DNA of 64,000 nucleotides from Antedon mediterranea (GCF_964355755.1 NC_092670.1:30058388-30122387); one strand, 5' to 3'; shown: positions 24,305-35,590, counted from the first letter of the stretch. Numbers and translations: made by a program. Notes: a model not told the origin generated them from the letters alone.

Positions 24305-24527
24305 ATAAAACATGCATGAAATGATTTAAAAAGTTTTGTTGATTTTAAAAGTGTTTATTTAATTATAATATGTTAGTTGTGATAGAGTTATGCATTAATG
24401 AATTAATGAATTAAGTAAATTCATAACAACGACCTGTTAAAATAACTACTGTATAAGAAAAGATTTAAGATGTTATAGTAAACAGTTATAAGTTTAATCA
24501 TATCAAACTTTCTTTAAGTGGGGGGTG

Positions 24528-24660
24528 TGTGATGGGTTTGTCACACGGAAGTGAGCCCTCTAGAGTTAAAGAGAGGAGAGGAATAAAGATGGACGACAAC
24601 TACAACGTGTTTTGTTATGTTCTTATAGTTGGTTTCAGCCTATCGAGCGAGCCCGTAACA
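24528..24660 (+). repeat. 3' LTR
   Basis: 131/133 identical to the 5' LTR. Confidence 0.95.
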
Positions 24661-24811
24661 AGGGCTAGTGTTGCCCGAAAGCTCTGCTAACTTTTCTGGC
24701 TGTTTTACTTCTCGTTTTGATTTAGCTTTTCGCTTTTTTTTGTATCTCTATTGAGATCCAGCCATTGATACCCACAGTATTGTCATTTTTTCAGTTATTT
24801 GCCTTTGGATT

Positions 24812-24844
<33 letters not shown>

Positions 24845-26126
24845 TAATAAAGAAAGAAAAAATAGTATATATTATATTACATAGCCTATGTAAATACGTG
24901 CGAGGATCGTACATCGTATACAGTATGTCCTCGAGTACGATGATATTGACTGAGTAAATGTCGCGTTATTATCGTCTCCCTGTCATTAAACATATACAAT
25001 CTAGTACATTCTCGAGTAGTTTGATATTGAATGTGTAATTTGCGTGTTTTGTCCTCTATATTTGCAACTAATGACTGTGATTGGTCAATACTCACAGTAG
25101 TAACCTAGTACACGCGGCGGGCTGAACATCCGGTGATTCGGCACGAAGAAGACGAATCATCATTATTTATTTGACCTACCTAATAATAATATTATTATTA
25201 TTGATGGAAATTCAAGACCTAGGCCTAAGTGAATATTTTATAGCCAAGAAATCATTAATTAGTAGTTATCTGTATAATTATATTCTCGCAAGGTAAGGTG
25301 AACGAAACGAAAAACTAGGCTTATTTACATAAAAAAAGCCTAGCTACTCGACCAAGCAGATATTCTACTTGTTGTTGGCTATATAACAGATTTCGCCTTT
25401 TATATCGTTAAATTATAAGATGTGACATCCCATCGGGATATTTTGCTCTCGAGAATTATATTTCCCTCAACTGGCGCTTCGGGAAATATATATATTCCCT
25501 CGAGCAAAATATCATTCCCTCGGGGATTTCAAATCTAATATCTGTATAATATGTTATGGTTCTGATATATTCTTACACTTTAAATTTTAAAGTTTAAAAT
25601 GTATTGATTGTAATATGAAATAAACGTAAAGAGAAAAAAATACACCCATAGAATTACAACAATTGTTCGCTTCACTTCCCATAGCCTAACAGACATTGAA
25701 CAATCAGGCAGCAGTATGATGAAGACATAATGAGGAAAATGTATGCTTTCAGCAGAAAAGCTACTTTCGTATAGTTTTTGTATTTTTACAACTTATTCAG
25801 CAAATTACCTGATATAAATTACATTTTAAAATTATTTTTTATTAAGTATGTCCCCTATTTTTAATTACAAATAATTCGGAAAAGTCAATTTGACCACCCC
25901 AAAAATGAATATTAAAAATTATGTGAGACATTTTGTATTAGTGTACTTCTAAAACATATTTTATTTGAAAATAAAAGACTACTTGAACTTTTTTAATGAT
26001 AAACAAAAACGCGTTAATTACTCTTCCCTGGTATATTACTTAAAAGTAGCATTTTGTAGATAAGCCTTTTTTTCACAGTAGGGCAGTATAACTTACTTCA
26101 CTTTCTGTTTTTACCTAAATATTTTC

Positions 26127-26354
26127 CTAACTATTTTCAGTTATGTCATAACTTTTTGAAATTGTGTTCTTCACTTTGTCACACGGGTTGCTTTCAGTCA
26201 CTGGTAGTGATGCATAAGCTGCTCTTGCTTTGCAGGTCAAATGTGGTATCAGTTTTACTACCCAGTGTCCTTTTCGCCACTTATAGGTGTTAGCAATTCG
26301 TTCAATCGTATTTAGATAATTTTCAATACCATCACTATCAGAAAGTTTCTCCAA
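26127..26354 (-). pseudogene. Isolated Gmr1-type gag fragment
   Basis: IENYLNTIERIA..KW..HWVVKLIPHLTCKARAAYASL..KVKNTISKSYDITE, the same motif family as the gag at 20780-21000. Confidence 0.7.
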
Positions 26355-26796
26355 GGAAAACTGTAAATGTGGCCATTTTAATTACCCCGCTCTAAAATTA
26401 TAAAAAATGGGAATGATTTTTGTAAATGCGTTTAAAAACCCTTCTGTAATAGAGATAATGGACTCACCGTATATATATATATATATAGGCATGTTTAAAT
26501 GTCAAACATGTAGGAATGCGACGGAGCTGCTACACAAATACCACTTTTAGCCCTTAGACTACTATTTCTACTCTCTGTTGCTACTCCAACACTAGGCATA
26601 GTTACAACAGGGAAGAGTAATTTAACTCTTCCCTGGTTACACTACCTAAAAACAGATTAACAATATTAAATTTATCAATGAAATAGTAAGTAAAATAACA
26701 ATAAAAAATATTATTAATATTATTAAGTAATTTGTTAAAGTAAAAATACTAATAAACACATTATATTTATATAAGAGCAAAATGGTTGTTTTGCAG

Positions 26797-27147
26797 AGGA
26801 AAGCGTTACATACCAAAACCCAAACTGCTATGCATTTATGGAAATGGACAAGAAAGAACGATATTGCAATGATACCAAACAAGAATGTGAACACATTGGC
26901 GGAAACGTAACGGTCATAAATAGTATTGATGAATATAAACAATTCAGAGATAATATGCTACATGTTCTTTCGATTTGGGAAGAGAGTACAGCCCTTGTCT
27001 ACATACAGTTAAATCTAGCACAAGGCATCAATGCTGGATGGGCTATAATCTACGCATATGATGGCATGAGTTCCAATGTTGTAGAAGTTGAAAACATCGG
27101 ATGTTTATCTGCTCGTATGGTAAATACCATTATATGTGAATCCATTG
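26797..27147 (+). CDS. C-type lectin-like domain exon (phase 1-1) of a type I membrane receptor
   Basis: TTTTGCAG acceptor, G|GTGAGT donor; ESVTYQNPNCYAF..ECEHIGGNVTVINSIDEYKQF..GC..IICES. Confidence 0.7.
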
Positions 27148-27588
27148 GTGAGTGCGTTTCTATGTCTGATTTCCTTATCTATCTTTATATATCGTATACG
27201 TTCTACTACTCCATATTTTACTCTAGAGTCTTGCATTTAAATAATTAAAAAACAATAACTGGTGTAAATTATAATTAAATATCACAATTGTAAAATAAGA
27301 TATGCGCATTTACATATTTTATTGAATAAAAAAAAATCCATCATTATCTCTTATTTTTTCTACTCTTTTTTCTTTCTTGCTCTCCATTTTAAAAATAATT
27401 TCTGATGATTTCTAAAATCTTTTTTACAGTACTATCTATTATAATCATACATACGAATAATGATGTTTGAGATAACTGTTATGTGAATATTCTGTCATCT
27501 AGGTGTCCGTGGCGAGTATGTGGATATTTGTGACGAATTATTAAAGGATATTATGGTTAATATCACATATAAATTATTCTATGTTTAG

Positions 27589-27858
27589 GCCAAACACAAG
27601 TCCCGACAGTTAATTACACAACTTTGCAACCATCGTATCTATCTACAAGGTCACTAAGTGCTGGAAAACAAAGGCATACAAACACGATGTCAGTCACGAA
27701 TATCGTTGAACGCAAAACATCTTCAGGTTTAGTAATCGTTGTCTGTGTGTCGTCTGCGGCTGTTATAGTAACTGTTATAATTATAGGTTTTTTTGGTATT
27801 GGCTATTTTATTCATAAAATAAACACACCAAAAAAAAGATACAGTAACCAGAGTAAAG
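27589..27858 (+). CDS. Ser/Thr stalk + transmembrane exon of the lectin receptor
   Basis: TTTAG acceptor, phase 1 matches; GQTQVPTVNYTT..GLVIVVCVSSAAVIVTVIIIGFFGIGYFI-HKINTPKKR; G|GTTTGT donor. Confidence 0.75.
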
Positions 27859-28018
27859 GTTTGTTAGTTTCATTTTGTAATGTTCTGTAATGTTTTGAGA
27901 TATTCGAACTTTCTGACATGAATGGGTTTTCTTGTACATGAAAAAGAAGTAAATAACGTTTGTATGTTATGTACTTGTGTAGTAGTATTTACTGATTTGA
28001 TTCTACTGTACATTATAG

Positions 28019-28089
28019 ATTCTGATGCTAACAGTCAACCAATTGACAACGATACACATGGGAATGAATTGTACAGCCAAGTTAGTTAA
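28019..28089 (+). CDS. Cytoplasmic terminal exon with YSQV motif (frame stays open to 28164 past the TAA)
   Basis: TTATAG acceptor, phase 1; DSDANSQPIDNDTHGNELYSQVS*; AATAAA at ~28241. Confidence 0.65.
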
Positions 28090-28871
28090 GTAAAACAAGC
28101 AAATGCAATTCGTTTCAACTTAGAAGAGGCTCAATGTTCTTATGTGTACACTGAAGTCAACTAAATATTACAAAGACAGGCCCTGACAGAAAGTGATAGA
28201 AATATGACTTTGTAATTTATTTAAATGGTCTTATTACAATAATAAAAACGTGTAGTGACAAACCAAGAATCTATAGATCATCACATATGTAAAATATTAC
28301 TCGTGCATAAGCCTTTTTACCATACCTTGTTCCTTTGTTTTTATTTCCCCTTGTTCTCCTCTTCTTAGTTCAAGTTTATACCACGCATAAAAATACCATT
28401 ACCTTACCTTTGTTAATTAAACCTGGTCGTTTTTTTAAATTTCTTTTCTTTATTATTAGTGTATGTCCATGTCAGAAGTGTGCAGCAGCCACTTACAAAT
28501 ATCCACTACATATATTATTTTGATTCGCTAGGGGTGCTGTTACCCAAATAATGAGTACCGTACAAAGTTAATTTCGAAATTTCAATTTCATTTTATTTCA
28601 GTTCATTTATTTTTTTACAATAACATTAGGAGAAAAAGAACAGGAAAACAATATTAAATGAATGAATTGAGCAACCCAAGAACGTTTAATAAAACAACTT
28701 ATTTCCATTGCGGTCTCTAAATGCAAAAATAATACATTGACAAAATTGCACTTCCCTAATTAAAATTTAAACAACATTTCATACTAAACATTTATAATAC
28801 ATTTAAGGCATTTTTAAAATTAACAAATTAGGCTTAAACATATGTTTAAAATTCATTTAAGAATGATAAAT

Positions 28872-29450
28872 AAGAAGGCCAACAGCTATTAAGTCGCGTG
28901 CTACAATGCATAGTGATACCGAACCGACGGACAGACCGACAGACAGACCGACAGACAGACCGACCGACCGACCAACCTACCAACTGACAGAAATTACTGA
29001 ACATGTTTAAAAATGTTGTAAATGTTTAAAAACATTTATATTTTTTTAATTGACGTGCGTGACGTGTTCGTATAACGTAATTTCGAGTTGAAAAGTAAGT
29101 CAAGAAAACAGAAATCGGGCAAAAAGAGTGCGTAATAACATTTAACGCGCATTGCGCGCGCAAAATCTGCGCACTCATGGCAATTTTGTAAACGCCTAAA
29201 ATTGCCTGAAACGTACTCTTATTTCATCGAAAATAAATTTTGAAAATTTTAAGCGCGCGTACGCATGCGTTACATGCGCTACGCACGTAATTGTATTGCC
29301 ATATGATGATTTATGCCCTGAAATTTATGAGTACCAAATTTTATTTAATTGTGATTCATGGTTGTGAAGATATGATTACAAACGTGATTTCGTTAAATCG
29401 TGCGTAGACCGCGTAATTTTTATTGCGACTTAATGGCTGTTGGCCTTGTT
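28872..29450 (+). mobile_element. HINE copy ending in an inverted copy of its own 5' end
   Basis: Matches 16001-16600; 29425-29450 is the reverse complement of AACAAGGCCAACAGCCATTAAGTCGC. Confidence 0.85.
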
Positions 29451-29612
29451 AATTAATTATTAAGTATTACATTGTTTAATTTGTGATGGTAACACGTTCT
29501 AATCTATACTTCTATTAAAATAAAAGGTTTTATAAAAGCTGCCATCTGGAACTCTAAAGTTTGTGGAATTAAGTCTGGTATGATGTCCATGAGTAAAAAG
29601 TTTAGTAGTTAA

Positions 29613-32040
29613 AGATGTATTGTCCCCCTGAAAAAATTTTTTTTTTCAATATTTTTGTTGAATAGGCCATTTTAATTGCACATAAAAGTTATTCACTTTG
29701 ACCTCAATTTGGATTGAAAAAAATAATTTTTTACACGGGAAAATCGCAATTTAATGCAAAAATTAACCAACCGGAAGCTATTTGTCTGGAAGACAAATGT
29801 GTTCCGGTTTAATTTAACCCTTGACCTGAGTTAGCTCATAAATATTCATATTGTATGGATACATCATGTGGATGATGATGCTTTCCAAATCAACAGCCAA
29901 CAACGATAGCAATGCATGCGTGCGAGAGAGTCGATCGGTAGTGATGCGAGACGAATCTTGAAGAAAACTATAGCTAGCAGAATGCTAAGTTAGAATTACA
30001 GTTGGTAACTTTGATGTTGAATCTTATTCATTTAGGTGAGTTTTTGTTTCGCTAACAGGAGAGGCCTAGCTAGGCCTAGGCCCGAATTTGCTGCTACTGT
30101 ACTACTAGTCTACTACTACTACTACTAGCACTGACAGTCTCGAGTAGCCTAACTGCTGCCAACTTCTGTCTCTAGAAGTAGAGTGTAGTAGGCCTAGGCA
30201 GTACACTGCTAGCTAGGGCTACAGAAGGGATGTATTTTTGTTTCTATCATGATGAATTGGTTTAATTTTTAAAGATTTCAACTATCTATTCGGCAGTGAA
30301 AATAAAAAAAAAAAGAAAATCTAAATATTGTTTTGGATGTTTTACTGATGCAATATTTTCTGTATCAAATGCAATAGGTTCAAATAACATTCCGCAAATA
30401 AACATTTTATGCAGATATTTTGACACAAATTTCTTTTTTTTTAGGTTGATTGATTGAACAATAAGAGCAAGTAGTGAGAAACATAAAATGTATCGTACAG
30501 TGGCAACATTCACAATTTATTGAAACGTTTCTTACTATTAAAATGACACTTTGTAATGGATGTGAGCGATCTTAGAAGACTATAGCTGTCGTAATTACTG
30601 CCACAATCAACACATTGATACATTAGTAGACAAATTGACACAAAAAACAATACAGGAATTCAATAAGATATACTGTATATATATATTTTATTAACTCCTT
30701 TTGCACTGTAATATTTACAGTAAAATTATGAAGTGTAAGTAAATTTGAAGAATTTATCCTGTGTACTGTTGTAGTAGTTTTTTTTTATTTATTGAATGTT
30801 ATGTTTACAAAATAATATACTGTACATATAATACAAAAAAAATTATACAATATTTTACAAGCTGGACAAGAACATATTATGGCCGAATGCAGCAGGAGAG
30901 TCAGAAATATTTTTCCTGCAATATCCAATCATATTCCAATACCGAGTCCATCATTGTTGTCTTTGGGTGACCTCTGTTCCAGTCTTCATCAGCTCAACGT
31001 CTTTAAAAAAAAGTCAAAGCAAAGTATGAAAATCTGGATAAAATAGATCATGCATATTTAGTGCAAAATTGGGCTAGTGAAATTGCTTACTTTGACATAG
31101 TCAAATACGTATACTACCTTTCTATGGTAATTAAAACACATTACTTATAATGTTATAACTTATAAAAAGAGAAAATAAATATTTGACTTACTACAGTACA
31201 GAGAACATTTGTTTGTGTTGTAAAATGGCTAAGCTGGCTTTTCCCCTCTGTCTACTTGTAAGTTGTACAGTGCTGCTGGAAGGTTCTCAATTTCATTTCA
31301 GCTCAGGCTTGTATTGCAACCATTTTCCCTGAAAAATGTTTGTTTTATTTTTATCATAAAAATTAGTTAAACAAGCTTCAACTGTAAATATATATGGTAC
31401 AGCAAGCTGGCTGTATTTTCGGAATGTAGCTAAGATTGATGGCTATACAATGTATAGGGCCTAGCTGGGCATCTTCTGCAGGGACCCGATTGTCACAGCA
31501 GTCTGCTTGCTATTACTCTAGCCTAGTAATATGCAGCAGCATGTATTAATTATTCTAGGCCTAGCCCTGAACTGAAAAAATCCCAGGCTAAGTTAATTAA
31601 TTTACCTTCCTGTTATTATTGCGTTATATATATTATTATATTTAAACTAACCGTCTAGGCCTACTTACCGACAAATTAACAGCTCAGCTTTACATATTTA
31701 TACGATCAGGCCAGGGAAACCCACAGTCGAGTCGCGTCGATCTCTGGTGGTGTTGTTGTACATACAACGTGCATCGTCCATTGTTAGATCAGATCTCTGC
31801 TGTGTGGATGCTTATTAACATATCATGCATATGTATGAGTTAGCTCTACCGGCCTAATTTCTGAGCCGATGAGTTCGAAAAAATGGTAAACTTATTTTGA
31901 TTTTTTTATAAGCGAAATCAATAGTTTTTTCGGATTTTTTTTCGGTGGAAGTGAATAACTTTATGTTAACTACAAAACGGTCTATTCAAAATTTGATTTT
32001 TTTCATCTTTATTTTTCATTTTTTGGGGGACAATACATCT
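29613..32040. mobile_element. Kolobok-like non-autonomous DNA transposon (2.4 kb)
   Basis: Perfect 16-bp TIR AGATGTATTGTCCCCC; TTAA TSD at 29609-29612 and 32041-32044. Confidence 0.85.
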
Positions 32041-32799
32041 TTAATGTATTCTGGACAAATTTGTTTTAAAATAGGTAAACATGGCTGAGACGCAGATACC
32101 TTTACTTGAACTGACACGATTTCCTATGACGGCTTTTGGATGCAGGGTTAGATCTGAATGTTTTAATATTTTAAAACTTGTTTTTTGCTCAACCTTATAT
32201 AAGAAGATATATTCTAGACAAGTTATTAAAGCCTATACACATTACTAATGACTCCTAAAATATATTTGCGCCTCTGCATGGTTTATTTTGTTTTTACAAT
32301 TCTATTATTATGTTATACGGTAACTTATAAATTGTTTTAAAGATAAAATAAGATTTTTCTTTTCTTCACTTAATCAAAGTAGAGAAACATTCATTTGCAC
32401 AAAAACTTTTCTTTGTCCTGCGTTCCAGAATAGTAGATTGTAATTGCGAAGTCCATCGAATGCAATTGATGCTTAAAACCAATTTCATTTAATTAAGGAA
32501 CAATAGACCAAACATTATTGTATGTTCTTGTTTCGCCTGTACTTGTTTTGCATTCGATATATTTTGTAAAGGTTTCACCAAACGGGTATAGAAAAAGAGA
32601 AGGGAAAGAAACAATGAAAATGATCTGTTTTTTAAATTCTGAAGTACTTTGTTAATACCACTGCTTCAAAAGTATAGCTTCCAAATAAATTATTGCTATT
32701 AGTATTATTATTATTAGTAGTAGTATTAATGTTATAACTTTCTGTTATTAAAACAATGGATGACGATAATTTTAAATTGGTTAATGATGAAATGATTAT

Positions 32800-33097
32800 T
32801 TTTTTATTTTATTCAATTTTCAGGTACAACAATACATGACAATACAGCGGTGCACCACCCTGAGGATTGCCATGAGTGCAAAGCACTATCGAGATGGCTC
32901 TCCATATACTGCACTAGAACATATAAGACAAACATATACACAAGATGCTCTACATAAACAAAGACTTATTATTAAGTCTTTGGGAGTGGAGTTGTAAATT
33001 GTCATGAGAAAAAAACCCTGACATGTGACAGGACTTGAACTCAGGACCCTTAGATTGGTAGCCAAGCATCATAACCACCAAGCCACAGCTCCACTCC
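32800..33097 (-). mobile_element. tRNA-derived SINE
   Basis: Minus-strand head GGAGCTGTGGCTTGGTGGTT (A box)..GAGTTCAAGTCC (B box); 3' AATAAAATAAAAAAA tail. Confidence 0.75.
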
Positions 33098-33236
33098 ATT
33101 ATGAATGTATTTTATTAATAATGATACAAAAGCTACATTATTATATGGGCTTATTTAAAACAAAGACGTATAATAAAAATTATTATTATTATTATTAGTG
33201 GTGTTATTGTTATTATTATTATTATTATTATGGCAG

Positions 33237-33851
33237 TAGGACCATGGTCCATTCGTTTATTCAACGTTACAGCAGACGGCACAGTAAATAAAACAATATT
33301 AACATCGGACTACTCAATTGATCTTGATAAACATGATGGATCTACATATCAAATTACCAAAACACTTGTTTATGTTGCTTTAACATACATTATTGGCTTT
33401 CCATTGGTTATAGTTCTTATAATATACTGTATAAACATACGTTGTAATCAGCTTGAACAAAACCAATATCAAGGATGGATGATTGGAGTGAGGTTTTTTT
33501 GTGGACAGTACAAACATAAATTTTGGTTTTGGGAATCATTTGAGCTGTACAACAAGGCTCTGTTGGCACTTATTGCAAATTTAAAAGATGACGTGTTCTC
33601 AAGCATGTCATACTCTCTGTTTTTTACCGTCATCTTTATTGTATTGCATTTGTACCTTCAACCAATGAAAGAGAAATCAGAGCAGAGATTTCAATTGTTG
33701 ACGCTTGTTTTCATCGTTGTCAATCTATCCATTGGTGCGATCGTAAACATGGATCAGAGTATCAATGAAGATGACATCATTGGTTTACTTCACAAGATAA
33801 CCCCTGTCATTCTCATTATGCTGAACGTTTCTATCATGCTAGTCGTAATTG
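33237..33851 (+). CDS. Multi-TM (7TM-like C-terminal) exon of a membrane receptor; upstream exons not found
   Basis: LTSDYSID, five hydrophobic helices, YKHKFWFWESFELYNKALL, HLYLQPMK; G|GTAAG donor. Confidence 0.7.
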
Positions 33852-33976
33852 GTAAGAAAAATAAATTGATTGTATATTTTATTATAATGACTACGTAATG
33901 TATGCGCAGTAAGTTACACGTAATATGGTACATTTCTTGAAAAAAATAGTGTTTACGTACATACGTTTTTTTTCAG

Positions 33977-34044
33977 TTGATTTGTTTAAGAAACTTAAAA
34001 CAGACTGCAGCTGTCGACATGGGAGAGGGCTAAGACTAAGATGA
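33977..34044 (+). CDS. Terminal exon of the multi-TM gene (frame stays open to 34113 past the TGA)
   Basis: TTTTTCAG acceptor, phase 1; VDLFKKLKTDCSCRHGRGLRLR* then IHDDDDDDDDPEQSHDNENIII*. Confidence 0.55.
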
Positions 34045-35139
34045 ATCCATGATGATGATGATGATGATGATGACCCGGAACAATCACATGATAACGAAAA
34101 TATTATAATATAAAGTTAGTTAGAGTTAACATTATCGCTTTTTTTGTGATAACAAGTGAATGTCGTTGAACATTGTAGCTTAAGGTTTAATTAATTTCAA
34201 GGTCAAAACGAACGAATAAGTATTTGATTCTCAGTGGCAGAAAATCTCGTACTTGATTACATCACCTCATTTATTTTACCACACGCTGTGATTGTATCTT
34301 GTTGGGTTAATGGTTATGTATTTCTGTATTCCATATTTCTTATACTACAGGATACAGTACCGACAATCAATTATACAATAAAAATATGTCTTTTTTGAAA
34401 AGTTTGTTAATTTTAACTCACTTAAAAAACCAGACGATTAACTAAAGTAACACCATAAGATTATTAGATGAATGGCCAAACTAATATAGTTATTTGTGTA
34501 GGCTTAGCATATTAATAGTTACGTATACTATTACTCAGTTTACTTTATTTATACAATGTTATTATTATGTTATAACTTCGGGGTTTTTTCACATATCTAA
34601 TTTCAAAGTTAAGTTAAGCTTCTTTTAAGCACTTAATTAAACTTGAGATTTGTAAAAACAACTAACTTGAATAATAGTTTACTTACTGTAAATAATTGGT
34701 AGGTTTTGATTAATGTTCTCACTGAATACCAAAAAACATAATAACAACAATAAAAATAATAATAACAACAACCACAGAAATAACAAAAACAATTATAATA
34801 TTTAAAAATTTAACGTCTATTTTTACTCAGTTTTTAATTAATTTTGGTATGATAAGCTGTTTTTTTAGTTTTACATTCCGGTATCAAGGAGCGCAATTAC
34901 ATACTGATATTTCAGTTGTCCTCCGAAGTCTTAGTTCTAGAAATGAATTGTACAACAACTTAAATATTACTCGATTAATGATTATTTTAAAGAAAAAGTT
35001 TTAGAAAAACATCATTATATGTTGATATTACAATAAACCTGGTATTCGCAAAAATCGGTTTAACTTCAGTATTTTTATCACATTATTAACATATCTTTGA
35101 TTGAACTAAATCAGGATAAGGAAGAGTTTATTATTTACT

Positions 35140-35590
35140 ATCCAAACTAAGCGTCGTCATTTTTTTGGGGTCTTCTCAATCTAGCCACCTATTTCGAACA
35201 TGAATTAGATATAATCTTTATAAAGCTTTTAACCATACAAAAATACAATACAATCGTGTATTGTTTTGAAGTTGAGGAAATACGACGAGAAAATATGAAA
35301 TGTATTTTATTGTGCTGGAAAACAAACACAGTAGTAGGTCTAAGGTATCCAACACAATAATATCAAACTTAGCGTCATCATTATTTTGGGGACTTCCCAA
35401 TCCAGCCACTTATTTCGAACATGAATTAGATATAATCTGTTATATCTATAAAGCTTTTAACCATATGAAAATACAATACAATCGTGTATTGTTTTGAAAT
35501 TGAGGAAATACGACGAGAAAATATGAGATGTTATTGTGCTGGAAAACAAACACAGAAGTAGGTCTAAGGTATCCAACACAATAATATCAT
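35140..35590. repeat. Tandem duplication of a ~225-bp unit
   Basis: AGCGTC(G/A)TCATT..TTTCGAACATGAATTAGATATAATC..GGTCTAAGGTATCCAACACAATAATATCA occurs twice. Confidence 0.9.

Larger units (their letters stand above)
19886..24660 (+). mobile_element. Gmr1-like Gypsy LTR retrotransposon (PR-INT-RT-RH order), defective
   Basis: 133-bp LTRs TG..CA with 2 mismatches, AGGG TSD at 19882-19885 and 24661-24664, degenerate tRNA-Pro-type PBS at ~20021-20039, polypurine tract AAGTGGGGGG before the 3' LTR. Confidence 0.95.
19811..24812 (+). ncRNA. ~220-bp PLE pseudo-LTR/retrozyme-like unit with a minimal type I hammerhead ribozyme, split by Gypsy (halves 19811-19885 and 24665-24812)
   Basis: Joined empty site reads GCA-CCGATGA-A-GGGC-TAGTGTT-GCCC-GAAA-GCTC-TGC: core C(U>C)GAUGA, 4-bp stem II, GAAA, palindromic AGCU stem III, UC cleavage site, GCA/TGC stem I; flanked by (TA)n on both sides. 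Confidence 0.7.
28580..32700 (-). mobile_element. Old degraded CR1/L2-type LINE 3' part, interrupted by a HINE and a Kolobok-like element
   Basis: (TTTCA)-like tail at ~28580; minus strand NVLPSQIKQCN..FKHMFK near 29500/28840; no intact ORF. Confidence 0.4.

Noticed and set aside
24870-25550. Possible Crypton-like non-autonomous element with hairpins (GATATTTTGCTC..GAGCAAAATATC)
   Set aside because: Inverted repeats are visible, but boundaries, TSD and a second copy could not be established
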